A stretch of DNA of 64,000 bases, taken from the human T2T-CHM13v2.0 reference genome, Homo sapiens. The stretch is from the NCBI RefSeq assembly GCF_009914755.1, contig NC_060948.1; one strand, 5' to 3'. Positions 12,401-30,720 of this stretch are shown here, in pieces (positions within the stretch are counted from its first letter, which is position 1; each line of letters opens with the position of its first letter). Position numbers and translations under genes: made by a program. Under the pieces are notes generated by a model. It worked only from the letters and a program-made list of their open reading frames with translations. It was not told the origin of the DNA and did not search any database.

Positions 12401-14344
12401 GTGAGTTCTTAGTTAGGCAAAACAAAAATAAATGTGTTTTATCAATTCGTCATTTATCTCCTAGGAAGACTAGAAAAAACACAGTAAATTAGCACATAAA
12501 GGCTTCTTAACTCCTCCCTGAATCAGGAATCTGGGCCTCAAATTAAAAATATAAATTTCAGTTTAGAAGGCTTCATCTGTGCCAGGGAGGCAGTATGGCA
12601 ATCCAAAAATAAATTTATAATTTTAAAATTGTCTCCCTTGATTGCTTAGTTGATAGCAACTGTTGATTTCCAGGGTCCAGACACTTTTTTATTGGTTTGA
12701 TATTTCTTTGAATGGTTTGAAGCTGTCTTCTCTGTAGTTTTGCTTTCATTTTTATTTGTAAAGCACTGATTGTTTTCTAATCTCAGAGTTTATTTTTATT
12801 TAGGAGATCTATATTTTTGTCCAATAACAATGTTATTTAAAATAGTTTCATTGAATATTACACCTCTAATTTGGGATCCTAGATGTTTTGTTTTTGTTTT
12901 AGTAGTTACAGTATAAAGTTTTTGTTTGCATTTAATTAATTGAGTTTATCAATTCCATATACAATGCATGAGGCAAGACTCTCTATTATAAAGTACATTT
13001 TGGTTTTATGTAAAACAAGTATAATTTGTTTCGAAAGTGACTTGCAAGTACATATCTAAATAAAATAATAAGAGAATAATCATGTAAGTATGTAGGAAGA
13101 TCGACAAGCATGATGATTTCTGGCAGAGTCCTGCTTAGATTGTTTGCAATACAGCGAGGTCACTGTGGTTGGAGCAGTTACCTTGGAAGGGGAATGATTA
13201 TAAATGGTAAGACCATCGAGACGACAGACAGTCCGGGGTGATTGTCCAGGGTTTCTGTAGGTCAGTAGATTTAAGTTTAGTTTTACTTTATGCCTGGTTG
13301 ATGACTGGAAGTGGAATTGGTAAGGTTGTTACTAGCGTCTGGTGCTGAAAGGCTAGAAATGCTGCTAAATATCTTAAAATCTAGAGTCTTAGGCATCTTT
13401 GAGATATTAACAGTGTTGAAACATCTCTCCAGAAAATTGTAAAAAAATAAACACACTTTCAGAACACTTTGATTTTATATTTTCAAGATTTCTTAACTCA
13501 ATTTTTGCTTTCTGTAAATAAGAAGGATTTTAGGAAGTTTTTTAAAGTTCAGTTGATTCACGGTTGGGTAAGTGTTAGTGAAGTCAGTTCAGTTAATCAA
13601 TGGTTAGAAACTAAAGCATATATTTCCTTTTCTCCCCTTTTCTTTCCCATTACTTTTTAAATATTTCCATAAAATGCTAATATAGCAAAATAAAACCCTA
13701 GGCCACGTCTGTTTTGGGGAACCAAGAGAGAAAACTCAATCAGCGGCTTTTAGGATAGAACTAATCTTGACTACAGCTGGAAGACATACATAATGCACAT
13801 GCACACATGTGCACTGGCACACTCCTATTCATCCACATTTTGCATATTTGTCATAAGACAAATATTAAATGTGTCTTATTCATGAAAGTTGTAAGATATT
13901 ACAATAAGCAAGCCAAATGAAAACTAAGATTTCAAAGATTATTGCCAGTGTTGGAGAAATCTTGCTTTTGCTAAAGTTGTTGGCTTAATACTCAAGTATC
14001 TTCTACTGTTTAATAAATTACTTGATAGAAGTTTGTATAGTGGGCATCTTTGATCACAATTACTTATGCTCTGTCTTGTTGTAAAATAACCCAAAATAAA
14101 TAGTTTCAGAAAAATTTACATTAGAAAATAAGAGAAAATAAAACAAATGAATGAGAAAATTGCTGTAATATAAAAAATGTGGAATATGAAAAAATATATA
14201 TTAAGAGAAATCCAAAAAGGAGGTTCATTCATACAATGTAAAATCTTTTCTGTTTGAATAAAAATTAGTTTCAGAACCTTAGCAGCTAGCAGCAACATGG
14301 TAGTTAACCTCATGTGTAATGCTCAATTAGTTGTATATGGAGCA

Positions 14345-15010
14345 CAAAATGTATGAGGAGTTTATTAAGTATTAACTCTCACATGATCACAATAGGCTAC
14401 CTGCAAGCTGAGGAGCAAGGAGAGCCAGTTTGAGTCCCAAAACTGAAGAACTTGGACCTCAATGTAAAAGGGGAGGAAGCATCCAGCATGGGAGAATGAT
14501 GTAGGCGTGGAGCTAGGCTCCTGTCTGCTTTTCACATTTTTCTGCCTGCTATATATTCACTATAAGTTGATTAGATTATGCCCACTAGATTAAGGTGGAT
14601 CTGCCTTCTTCAGCCCACTTACTCAAATGTTAATTTTTCTGGGGGGACCACCCAATAGACACACACAAGATTAATACTCTGGCACTTTGGGAGGCCGAGG
14701 CGGGCGTATCACGAGGTCAGGAGATCGAGACCATCCTGGCTAACACGGTGAAACCCCGTCTCTACTAAAAATACAAAAAATTAGCCGGGCGAGGTGGCGG
14801 GCGCCTGTAGTCCCAGCTACTCGGGAGGCTGAGGCAGGAGAATGGCGTGAACCCCAGGGGGCGGAGCCTGCAGTGAGCCGAGATTGCGCCACTGCACTCC
14901 AGCCTGGGCGACAGCGAGACTCCGTCTCAAAAAAAAAAAAAAAAAAAAAGAAGATTAATACTCTGTATCCCCCAATCCAATGAAGTCAACAATCAGTATT
15001 AACCATCACA
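14345..15010 (-). mobile_element. MLT2A LTR (3' LTR of the left-arm HERV-L), interrupted by a young Alu
   Basis: CAGTATTAACCATCACA at 14994-15010 is the reverse complement of the MLT2A start TGTGATGGTTAATACTG. Confidence 0.88.
14682..14950 (+). mobile_element. Young, slightly 5'-truncated AluY (AluYe5-like)
   Basis: Perfect 15-bp TSD AAGATTAATACTCTG (14667-14681, 14951-14965), intact CpGs, and the variants GAACCCCAGGGGGCGGAGCCTGCAG and GACAGCGAGACT. Confidence 0.88.
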
Positions 15011-19272
<4,262 letters not shown>

Positions 19273-19920
19273 TGTAGGGGTTCAGTCAGGATGGTGGGGA
19301 AAATTATAAGTCACAAACCTTCTTGCAAAGCCTGAAGGATTTTGTAAAAGTCTCAGGATAAGGTTATGGCTGAAGGCAAACTAATCCTTACCTTGAGTAG
19401 ATAGGTTAAAGTGCATACAAAGGAAGGTAGGGTAGTTTATCTAACTGGCTTCTTTACTCATGTGGTAAGAAGACTAACTTTTGATCTACTGCAGGTGCTT
19501 AATTCCTTTCTACTTGGGAAGTCTGAATGTCAATTACCCTCTAGTGGTGTTTACTCAGACCTTTGTCAATTAATCTTTACTGTACAAATGCAAGTCTCGC
19601 TGGCTGATTGAGGCTGCAGTTGCAACTGTTTAGTGCATTCTGTGTGGATACTCTAAGTGGCCCAGATGCTTAGTCAAACTCACAAAGCAGAATATCTGTG
19701 TGTCAGTGTACTTTATTCACCCATCATTGAGTTAGGGTCTGCAGGAAAGACCCCCACAGCCAGCACCCCCATGTGAAGAACATGGCAAAGGAGGTGCGAT
19801 GGACCCCCTGAAAACAAACATTGAAGAAGATTGTGTGGTCAAGTCAGTAAAACAGGAAGTCATTGGTGTCCACTTGGGATTTCCAAGTTCAGAGGGGATT
19901 GGTCAGGCTGAGGTTTCATC

Positions 19921-20990
19921 ATGGGACAACAGTTACCAACTCAACAAAAACAGTGTATAAAATGTTGAAATAGTTGCTTAATGCTTCCAGAGTATCAGGT
20001 TCATGGACTCACTTAAGAGAACTAATGCAAACTACTGTCTCACATAATCCATGGTTCCCAGAATAAGGAATGCTAGAGGTAGAACTTTGGTAACAGGTGG
20101 GGAGAAATCTTAAACAGCATGATGCACAAGGGCAATGGGTCCCAGTATCAATTTTAACACTATGGGCCCCTGTAAGGATGGCTTTAGTCTCATTATACAC
20201 AGAAGAGCCTAAAAAGGGGAAGAAGGAGAAAACGTCACTTGCCGTATTGCCTCTCCTGGTGAATCAGGTGGCCAGGCAAAATATAACAGCTGATATGCTC
20301 CAGGGAAGGGGTCCTCATGCCGATGTGCAATAAAAACTAAATTTTGATCTCCAGGCTTATGCTGATGTCCCTCTGTGTGCTCTCAGGGCTTGGGACCAAA
20401 TTCCTGAAAGCAGAATTCAGCAGGGATCTTTTGTAAATGTTTGACAAGGGCCTCAGCAGCCATTTGTTGAGTTTATCAATCAGTTAACCAAGGCAATTAA
20501 GAGACAAATTAGTCATGCCCAGGCCACTGATATCATTGCAGCTGGTTTTTGAAAATGCCTGTGTGGTTTGCCAGCAGGCAATGCAGGCAATCAGAGGAAA
20601 GGCCACCACTGTTGGGGAGCTAATACCAGCATTTCAGCTAGTAGGAACTGAGATACGCAAAGCCAAAATATTGGCTATGGCATTAAGGCCTCCTAAAGTG
20701 AAAAGGGAGAGAGACCAAAATTGTGTTCTATGAGGAGAGCCAGGACATATAACAAGGGAATATCATTATAGTAAAGATCAAGGTAACTAAGATCAAGTAA
20801 AGATCAAGGTAACTTCTATATGTCCCCAAAGTAGGAAGGGGAAGCATTGGGCAGATCAATGCAGGTCTAAATTGGATAAAAATGGCAACCCCATAAGAAA
20901 CCAGTCAGAAGCTTCATGAGGGGTCAGCTCCAGGCACCACTCCCAACTGGGGCAATGCCAGCAGCTTTCCTTGGTCAAATGGGAAGTCCA
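19921..20990 (+). pseudogene. gag: HML-5 gag remnant with an internal deletion
   Basis: Starts ATG GGA CAA CAG (MGQQ). Includes HNPWFP, a major-homology-like QGPQQPFVEFINQL and degraded zinc knuckles. Confidence 0.75.
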
Positions 20991-21700
20991 TAGTCCTCTC
21001 TTTTAGAGCGGCCACAACTGGGAGCACAGGACTGGACTTACTCTGCCCCAGTGAATTAGTGCTAAAAGAAGAAGACTCTAAAAGTGTTGCAATTGGGATC
21101 TGGGGCCCAGTGCCTCTGGGAACAGTGGGGTTAGTCCTAGGGCAGTCTAGCCTACCCAGTCAAGGAATTAATGTGCCCAATGGGGTAACTGATAGTGATT
21201 ATCAGGGTGAGATATTGGTTATGATGGAATGTAAAGGTCTGCATATTCCTCCCCCTGGATCAAAGATAGCTCAGTTACTGATTTTACCATACTGGGTCTT
21301 CAATGCCCATGGAAAGGAAAAGCGAAAGGGAAGCTTTGGATGCACAGGAGCCATGGGAGTGTATTGGAATCAATTAATCACTGATCAGAGACCCATGATT
21401 ACTTTTAAAAATTGGACATAAGAATTTTACTGGCTTATTGGGCACAGGAGTGAACATTTTAATCATTAGTGATCAGAACTGTCCAGAAACTTGATCTTGG
21501 ATCACTCAAAAACAGAAAATTTCTGCATTGACAAAGCACACACAGCCAAGCAGAGCATGCGTCCCCTAACATGCTGTGATTATGAAGTTAGAATGACAGT
21601 TATGCAACCTCTAATCATGCCCATCCTGTTAATCTTTGGGGGCAGGACCTATTAGCCCAGTGTGTGTGAGGAGATCACTCTGCATACCCCTTTATGACAA
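20900..21700 (+). pseudogene. pro: HML-5 dUTPase-protease remnant
   Basis: ORF 21059-21421 has GLVLGQSSL, GVTDSDYQGEILVM, KIAQLLILPY and GSFGCTG (dUTPase motifs), followed by a degraded GLLGTG protease motif. Confidence 0.8.
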
Positions 21701-24230
21701 TGGCCACTATTGTTATTTCTCCTCTACCCCTGACATGTCTCTCTCAAGATCCAATTTGGGAAGAATAGTGGCCTCTGAAGTGAGACAAATTACAGAAGGC
21801 TCATGAATTAGTTGAAGAGCAATCAAAGGCTGGGCATATCAAATTATCTCACAGTCCCTGGAATTCACCCATTTTCATCATTCCCAAAAAGTCTGGGAAA
21901 TGGATAATTATCCAAACTTACAGGCTATTAATGCTAATTTACAGCCTATTGGGCCCCTTCAACAGGGCCCCCCTTCCTCCACTTTGATTCCTCAAAATTT
22001 GCCTGTAATCATTATTGACTGAAAGGATTCTTTTCATACAATTTCTCTAGGACAGAGAAAAAATTGTGTTTACCATATCAGCTATCAATAATGAAAAGCC
22101 AGCTTGTTGATTTCATTGGAAAGTGCTTCCTCAAGGAATGCTAAACAGTCCTACCTTGTGTCAGTATCATGTAAATCAAGCTTTGCTCCCTAGTAGAAAA
22201 GAGTTTTCTGATTGCAAGATGAATATTTTTATGGATGATATTCTACTTGCAGCCCCAATGGAGCCAACATTTTTAAATTTATATTCCTCTGTCATAAAGA
22301 ATACACAGATAAGAGATTTAATTGTTCCACCTGAGAAAGGACAGCTGTATTCTCCTTGGAAATATCCTGGGTACATACTAACTTTCCTGTCAGTAAGACC
22401 TCAAAACACTAAATTAAATACTAGCAAGTTACACATCTTAAATTATTATCAAAAATTTCTGAGAGACATTAATTTGCACCACCCTACTTTGAGGATTTCT
22501 ACTGATAAACTATAAAACCTGTATTCTATCTTAAAGGGCAATCCAGCCCTAGATTATCCCAGATATTTAACCCCTGCAGCAAAAAGGGAAATCAAGGAAC
22601 TAGAACTAGAACTGCATCAAAAAGAGAAATCAAGGAAATAGAACTCACCATCTCTCAGAGGCAGCTAGATCACATAGTCCCAGGCTTTATGGTACATGCT
22701 GTTTATCTTTCCCAGCAAACACTCCCCTAAAGGGTTAATAGGACAAATGGTCCCTGGGCTATTCTTCCTAGAATGGATTTTTTGCTCACATAATGGGACT
22801 AAAACTCTATCTCCCTATATTTAGTTAATTACTAAAGTCATCTATTCAGGTTGCAAATGATGTAATCGGTTGCTAGGTTATGATCCTGATGTCATCAGGA
22901 TTCTTTTAACTAAAAAGCAATTTGAAGCAGTATTGCCATTATTGATAGATTTGCAAATAGCTTTCTCTGATTACACAGGACAAATAGAGCACATCCATCC
23001 TTCTGATCAACTCCTTCATTTATTATCTCATATGCTGGTAATTTTGTCCACAGAAAGAGGTCAATCCCCATATCTAATGTTTTAACATTGTTTACTGATG
23101 GGTCTGGTAAACATGGAAAAGCAGCAGTCTGGTGGAGACCACACAATTCAATCACTTGATCTGGGTTTACTAGCACTCAGAGAGCTTAGATTGGGGCTCT
23201 GATACTGGCCTTGGAAACTTTTTGCACTCAGGCCATAAGTAGTGTACGTGACTGTGCATACTCTATTTACTACAAAACCTTGAGAGACCTTAATTGAGTC
23301 CACTCTGGGCCCAGCCCTGTGTGCTCTTTTTCTTTGACTTTAGCAATTGCTTGATCAACATACACATCCTATTTTTATTACAAACCTTCGAGTCCACAGC
23401 TCACTGCCTGGCCCATTGACTTATGGCAATAATGAAGCAGACTTTCATGTTATGACATTACTGCTTAACCAAGCCACCCAATTGCATCAATTTTGCCACC
23501 AAAATTGGAGAAACTTATCTAAATAATTTCCACTTACTCACAGAGTGGTAAAAAAATTATCCTAAAATGCACAGATTGCCACCTCATAGGCACATCTCCT
23601 CCTTCAACAAGTGTTAACCCTAGAGGACTAGAGCCTAATCAGATATGGCAAACAGATGATACATACATCCCTGAATCTGGAAAACTAAGATATGTACATG
23701 TATCCATTGAGACCAACACGCATTTAATTAGTGCACATGCTCTGCCTGGAGAGTCAACTCAATATGTCATTAAACATATTCTTTTCAGTTTTGCATTTAT
23801 GGGCTGACCCACAAAAATTAACACTGATAATGCTCCAGCTTATGTCAGTTCACAATTTCAACAATTTTGTCACACATGGAGCATCCAATATTCCACAGGC
23901 ATTCCATATAACCCCAAAGACAAGAAATAGTAAAACATGCCCACTCCTCCCTTAAAAATATGCTCAAATAAAAGGGTGGGGGGAGTATGGGTAAAGACCC
24001 TTCAATGCTATTGGCATAAAACCTACAGTTTTATGGAAAGATGTAAACAGTAATGAATGGTGCAGTCCTAGGGAATTATTAACCTGGGGAAGAAGGTATG
24101 CTTGTGTCCACACCCCCTCAGGTCCTCTTTGGATTTCAGCATGACACATCAAACCATACCATGGCATGACTAGGACCCAACCCAGTATCAGGAATGAATG
24201 AGTGAATCCTGAAAGATCCACAGCCCCGGA
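21690..24230 (+). pseudogene. pol: HML-5 pol remnant (RT, RNase H, integrase)
   Basis: SPWNSPIFIIPKKSGKW, LPQGMLNSPTLCQ, FMDDILLA, FTDGSG, NPRGLEPNQIWQTD and LLTWGRRYACV. Confidence 0.85.
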
Positions 24231-25122
24231 CGATGAAGTTAACATGAATGACACAAGTGCCAGACATTACCTGGGGGCTGCTGAAGAGGACAACTCAGGT
24301 GGCTGAACAAATCCTCCTCCAGACATAGACACTATTTACTCCAGATAATTTGTTTCTTGCTATGCGTTCTGTTTTTCATTGCAACTCATGAAGGATATTA
24401 ATCCTTTTCATGCTCTTGCTTTGTCTGCAAACTGCACCTACTAAATTTATTGAGCTTATATCTTAAACCAGCCTTTTTTTTCACCTGGGCAGACACTTTC
24501 TTTACAACCTATAATAACATGACTCCTTCACTAGGAGGGATAGATTTACCCCCATGGCACCCCTCAATAATGGCACACATTGAACTAAGGTGCCAAACAA
24601 TACTACATATCACTCCACTATCCTCCCACTGTGTGTAAGTTATAAAGGCTCTAACACTTACTGTGTACCTGCCCAAATACAAGTATGGCTACATCATGGG
24701 AAAGGAAATGCCTTAACATTCTTAGCTGCAGGAAGCCTCAATCCAGGCAATGCAATCAATGCCACTTTCCCAAACATTCCTTCCTGTACTAAAGAAAAAA
24801 GCCAGGAAAGTAATGGATTCCACTTTAGCTGGGAGGTCTGTCACAGGAAACAAGCCCATAGCTTCTGGTTAGGCAATTATAACATCCTAGACTTGAGCCC
24901 CCAATGCCTATTGCAGGGCAGTCTTACTAATGTCTTCTTCCATCACAGCAACAATCATAGTTCATAACCATATCTCTTTCCCCTATAATTTGGGCCAATG
25001 GGGGGATGGAATATTCCAGACCCCAAGTAAAGTCCATGCCACCCCAAGTCACCTTATGGTGCCTGGTACATCTCAGCACCTCCCTTAACACTTGGCATGG
25101 TACCTATCATAATTCCAGTCAT

Positions 25123-25484
<362 letters not shown>

Positions 25485-25549
25485 TCATAATCATACTGAT
25501 TAGATATATTATGATCACCAATCACAATATATCTAATTTCAAAATTACT

Positions 25550-26615
25550 TGTTGTGGGAAGTCAGGGACCCCAAGTGGAGGGATCTGCTGAAGCCATGGC
25601 AGAAGAATATGGATTGTGAAGATTTCATGGACATTTATTAGTCCCCAAAATTAATACTTTTATAATTTCTTATGTCTGTCTTTACTGCAATCTCTAAACA
25701 TAAATTCTAAAGATTTCATGAACACTTATCACTTCCTTGATCAATACCCTTGTGATTTTCTATGCCTGTCTTTAATCTCTTAATCCTGTCAGCTCATGAG
25801 GATATATGTCGCCTCAGGACCATGTGATAATTGCCTTAACTGCACAAATTGTGAGCATGTGTGTTTGAACAATATGAAATCTGGGCATCCTGAAGAAAGA
25901 ACAGGATAACAGCAATTGTTCAGAGAATAAGAGAGATAACCTTAAACTCTGACCACCAGTGAGCCAGGCAGAACAGAGCCGTATTTCTCTTCTTTCAAAG
26001 CAAATGGGAAAAATATTGCTGAATTCTTTTTCTCAGCAAGGAACATCCCTGGGAAAGAGAATATGCACCTGGAGGTATAGGCCTATAAATGGCCCCCTTA
26101 GGTGTGCCCATCTCTTATGGTCGAGGCCATAGGGGTGAAATAGACCCCAGTCTCCCATAGCACTCCCAGGCTTATTAGGAAGAGGAAATTCCCAAGTAAT
26201 AAATTTTTGGTCAGACCATTTGCTCTCAAAACCCTGTCTCCTGATAAGATGTTGTCAATGACAATGGTGCCCGAAACTTCAGTAGTAATTTTAATTTCAC
26301 CCTCGTCCTGTGATCCTGTGATCTCACCCTGCCTCCATTTGCCTTGTGATATTCTATTACCTTGTAAAGTACTTGATGTCTGTGACCCACACCTATTCGC
26401 ACACTTCCTCCCCTTTTGAAAATCCCTCATGAAAACTTGCTGGTTTCTGTGGCTTGTGGGGCATCACAGAACCTACCGATATGTGATGTCGCCCCCAGAT
26501 GCCCAGCTTTAAAATTTCTCTTTTTTTCTACTCTGTCCCTTTATTTCTCAAGCCAGCTGACACTTAAGGAAAATAGAAAAGAACCTACATGAATATTGGG
26601 GCAGGTTCCCCAATA
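25550..26615 (+). mobile_element. MER11 solo LTR (HERV-K HML-8) inserted into HML-5 env
   Basis: Starts TGTTGTGGGAAGTCAGGGACCCC and ends GGGGCAGGTTCCCCAATA. TSD is ATTACT/ATTATT. Confidence 0.9.
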
Positions 26616-27939
26616 ATTATTAGTGTCATGGTATTAAGGAGACAATCTGAGGCATTCCTACCAGTCAATCTGACATGCAATTGGCAAAGTTCCTCTGCCA
26701 TTTCCACCTTAGAATATGCTCTGTCCCAGGACAGACACAAAATGTTTACAGTTACACTTATGGCCTTTATATTCTCAGCTGTAGTTATCCTGGCAACTGC
26801 TAGCATTGCTGTTGCATCTATTACTGAGTCAGTAAAAATAGCTGCCTTTGTAGATAATCTGGCCAACAATGTGTCTAATGAATTCTCTCTCAGCAAGATA
26901 TAGATTAAAAAAATCCTTGCATGTCTGCGAGCCCTCGAGGCTACTTTAAAATATGCAGGGGAACGACAAGATCTACTGGCATTCTGAAAGCAATTAAGCT
27001 GTGACTGGGAACATAAACATCTCTATGTCACTTCTCTACCATGGACTCAATCTATACATTGTTGAGATGAGGTAGAACAGCATCTCTGGGGAACCTTTCA
27101 TGACAATTTAACAGCAGTTTTAAGCCAACTTAAAACTAACATTTTAGAATCCCTTCACACCATAGACCTACACACACAACAAACAGCCACAAGGAAGGGT
27201 GTGCAAGATCATTTCTCCTAGTTAGACCCCCCACTCCTGGGGACCACACTTTGACTGGAAAAGAATGCTGCTAATTGTACTCATGATTGTTTTTTATTGT
27301 TTGCTAATTCTAAGATGCAAAGTTAGAATAAGAGTAATGACTGCCAGGACAGCCACACCTGACAGACTGGTTGCTGACATACCTATGCTCTCCAATTAAG
27401 AAACCTGATGCAGAAAACAAAAAAGTGGAAGAGGTAGCAGATTGATCAAGATGGTAGGGACAATTATAAGCCACAAACCTTCTTGGAAAGCCTAAAGATT
27501 TTTGTAAAAGTCTCAGTATAAGGTTATGACTGAAGGCAACCTAATCCATACCTTGTGTAAATAGCTTAAAGTGGGTACAATGGAAGGTAGAGTAGTTTAC
27601 CTAACTAGCTTCTTTACTTGTGTGGTCCTAAGACTAACCTTTGATCTAATACTGCAGGTGCTTAATTGCTTTCTACTCAGAAACTCCACGATGTCAATTA
27701 CCCTCTAGCTGTGTTTACTCATGAGCTTTGTCAATTAGTCTTTACTGAATAAGTACCAGTCTCATTAACTGGTCAGGACTGTTTACAGTCCCTGGTCGCA
27801 ACTGTTTACAGCACTCTGCATGGAGTCTGTAAGTGGCCCAGATGCTCAGTCGAACTGGCAAAGCAGAATATCATGCATCAGTGTACTTTATTCATCTGTT
27901 GTTGGGTCAGGGTCTGTGGGATAGACCCCTGCAGAACTT

Positions 27940-28103
27940 GAGTCTAGTTATAGGTCTAGAAGTAAACAGAGGTGTAAGGGTGGATTCTGAGGAGACTCAA
28001 CATTATAGTGCCTGGCAACTGACTCGGGGAGGCCATCACTGTTGCCTCAGCTAGCTCAGGCTTTATATCTTCAGACAGAACTGGAAAGGCTGATGGCAGC
28101 ATG
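27940..28103 (-). mobile_element. Continuation of HERV-L gag on the far side of the HML-5 insertion
   Basis: Reverse complement of 53880-54042 in the right-arm HERV-L. Confidence 0.8.
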
Positions 28104-28104
28104 T

Positions 28105-28672
28105 ACCTCTTTCTTTCTTGATGCAGAACAACAGTTTTAGATCTGTTGAATGTCAGGGCTGAATGACCTGCAACACAAACAGGGATAAAACTTGCCCCTT
28201 GCTCATCACATTGTGGAAGACAAAGATAAGAGGAGAACGGTGACCTTTCAGACCTAAGGGCTGGCTGTGACACCTTCTTTGGGACTTTGCAGTTTCTGGA
28301 ATCTCCATGCTTCTGGGCACCACTACATTTCCCAGTATCAGCTGTAGAAGCTGCTTACAGTATTCCTGTTCCAGCTGCAGCTTCTCATTTCACTGGTACT
28401 TTTGTTGGCACCTAACACTTTCTGCCCTCTCACACCTGGCAAGCCTGGCTGTGTTTTGTGGCTGGAGCCCATGCTTGCTCATACACCACTCACCACACAC
28501 TCATGCTTGCCCTTGGCTGGTGTTAAATCTTGGCCCATAATGGAAGCTGAGTGCAGCCTGTCAGGCAGACTGGGTAGAACAAGCTTAGCAGGCCTGAGCA
28601 AAACTCAGGCACAAGCACCATTGGCCATAAAGGTTTTCATCTGGCAAAATGACTCCCCTAAAATTCCATGAA
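28105..28672 (+). mobile_element. MER52 LTR, 3' part
   Basis: ACACAAACAGGGATAAAAC...GGCTGTGACACC...TTCCATGA. Inverted counterpart at 51335-51930. Confidence 0.75.
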
Positions 28673-29209
28673 AAAAGAAGCATAGCTAGTTGTGCCTTCT
28701 CGTGGATCTTGAAATACAGATAATTCTGTGAACTACATTTTGGTAGTTTTAACCTTATTAGGAAATTATTATTACATTTCAAAATTTTTTAAAAATCAAA
28801 TTTGAAAGTTGGCCTTAGCATTGAACCACCTGATCCCTCTTACACAGAAATATATCATGTGAGAATATTTTTCTGAACTATATGGCATTGGGCTTCAAGT
28901 TAGCATCTTTCTAGGAGATTATGAAGCTTCTTGAGGAGACAGAATTTCTGATACCTGGACTTTGGCATTTTGTACTCATATAATTTTGTGGGGGAGAAGC
29001 TTTTGCTGTGCATTGTAGGATGATTAGCAGCCTGGGAAGCCTGAGCAGCCTTTCTGGCCTTTTCCACTAAGTGTAATAGTGACATCCTTTTTCTGTGGTT
29101 GAAATACTCAAATATGTTTGTGTCTTGTGGAAGCAGAACCGTTGACATTTACAATTCTACAGAGTTCTGAAGAAGAAATTAAAAAAAAACACTTTAAAAA
29201 TTTTTTCAA

Positions 29210-29551
<342 letters not shown>

Positions 29552-29559
29552 TTACTTTT

Positions 29560-30320
29560 ACTAATTACTAGGAAAATGTAAATCAAAACTGCAATGAGGT
29601 AACATCTGAGGCCAGTCAAAATGATGATTACTAAAAACCCGAGAAACAATAGATTGTAGTAAAGCAGTGCAGTAATAGGAATGCTTTTACACTGTTGTTT
29701 GCAGTGTAAATCAGTACAGACATTGTGGAAAACTGTGTGATAATTCACCAAGTGTCTAGAACCAGAAACACCGCTGGACTCAGCAATTTCATTACTGGGT
29801 ATGTAGCACCCACACACAAAAAAAAGTCATTCTATTTTAAGACTACATGCATGTGTACGGTTATTGCTTTACTGTTGCAAAGACATGGAATTTATTCAAA
29901 TGCCCATCAATGACAGAATGGATAAAGAAAGTGTGACACATATACATCATGAAATAATATGCAGCCATAAAAAGGAAGGAGATCATGTCCTGTGCAGGGA
30001 GATGAATGAAGCTGGAAGCCATCATTTTCAGCAAACTAACACAGAAACAAAAAAACAAAGACTGCATTTCCACCTTCTTATGAGGGTCTGAAGTTTGAAG
30101 ACACATAGACACAGGGAGGGGCATGCCACATATCTGGTTATGTCATGGGGCAGGATAAAAAAAGAGCTGCAGGACAAATAGCTAATTAATGTGGGGCTGA
30201 ATACCTAAATGATGGATTAATAGGTGCAGCGAACAATCATGGACATGTTTATCTATGAAATAAACCAGCATGTCCTGCATATGTACTCTGGAACAATAAT
30301 AAATAAAATTATAAAAAGCA
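29560..30320 (+). mobile_element. L1PA (mid-age, about PA8-PA13) 3' end
   Basis: End of ORF2 (CAAATGCCCATCAATGACAGAATGGATAAAG), 3' UTR and A-rich tail. Inverted counterpart at 49730-50510. Confidence 0.85.
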
Positions 30321-30474
30321 AAATTATATAAATTAACTAACAATAAAAAGGCTTTCTTTTTGTACAGGCGATGTTGGAATAACTTTGAAATGTGTGTCAC
30401 ACATTATTTAAGACATTTCGTTACTACAAATCAGAGTTGTCACAAACTTAGTTGATTGAATTTCTTTTATTTTT

Positions 30475-30720
30475 AGAATGGAATCTCACACTGTCCCTTT
30501 GGCTGGAGTGCAGTGGTGCAATCTTGGGACACTGAAACCCCCTGGTTCCCAGGTTCAAGCTATTATTCTGCATCAGCGTCTTGATTACCTGAGATTGCAG
30601 GAGTGCACCACTGCAGCTAATAGGGCCTATCACCATATTGGCCAAGCTTGTCTGAAGCTTCTGACCTTTCTTGGCCTTCAAATGCACTGGAATTACAAGT
30701 GTTAGCCACCATGCTAGTCC
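30475..30720 (-). mobile_element. Diverged Alu shared by both arms (partner 49140-49400)
   Basis: Antisense Alu whose flanks TTAGTTGATTGAATTTC and TTGAATTTCTAATTGAG match the right-arm flanks. Confidence 0.8.
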
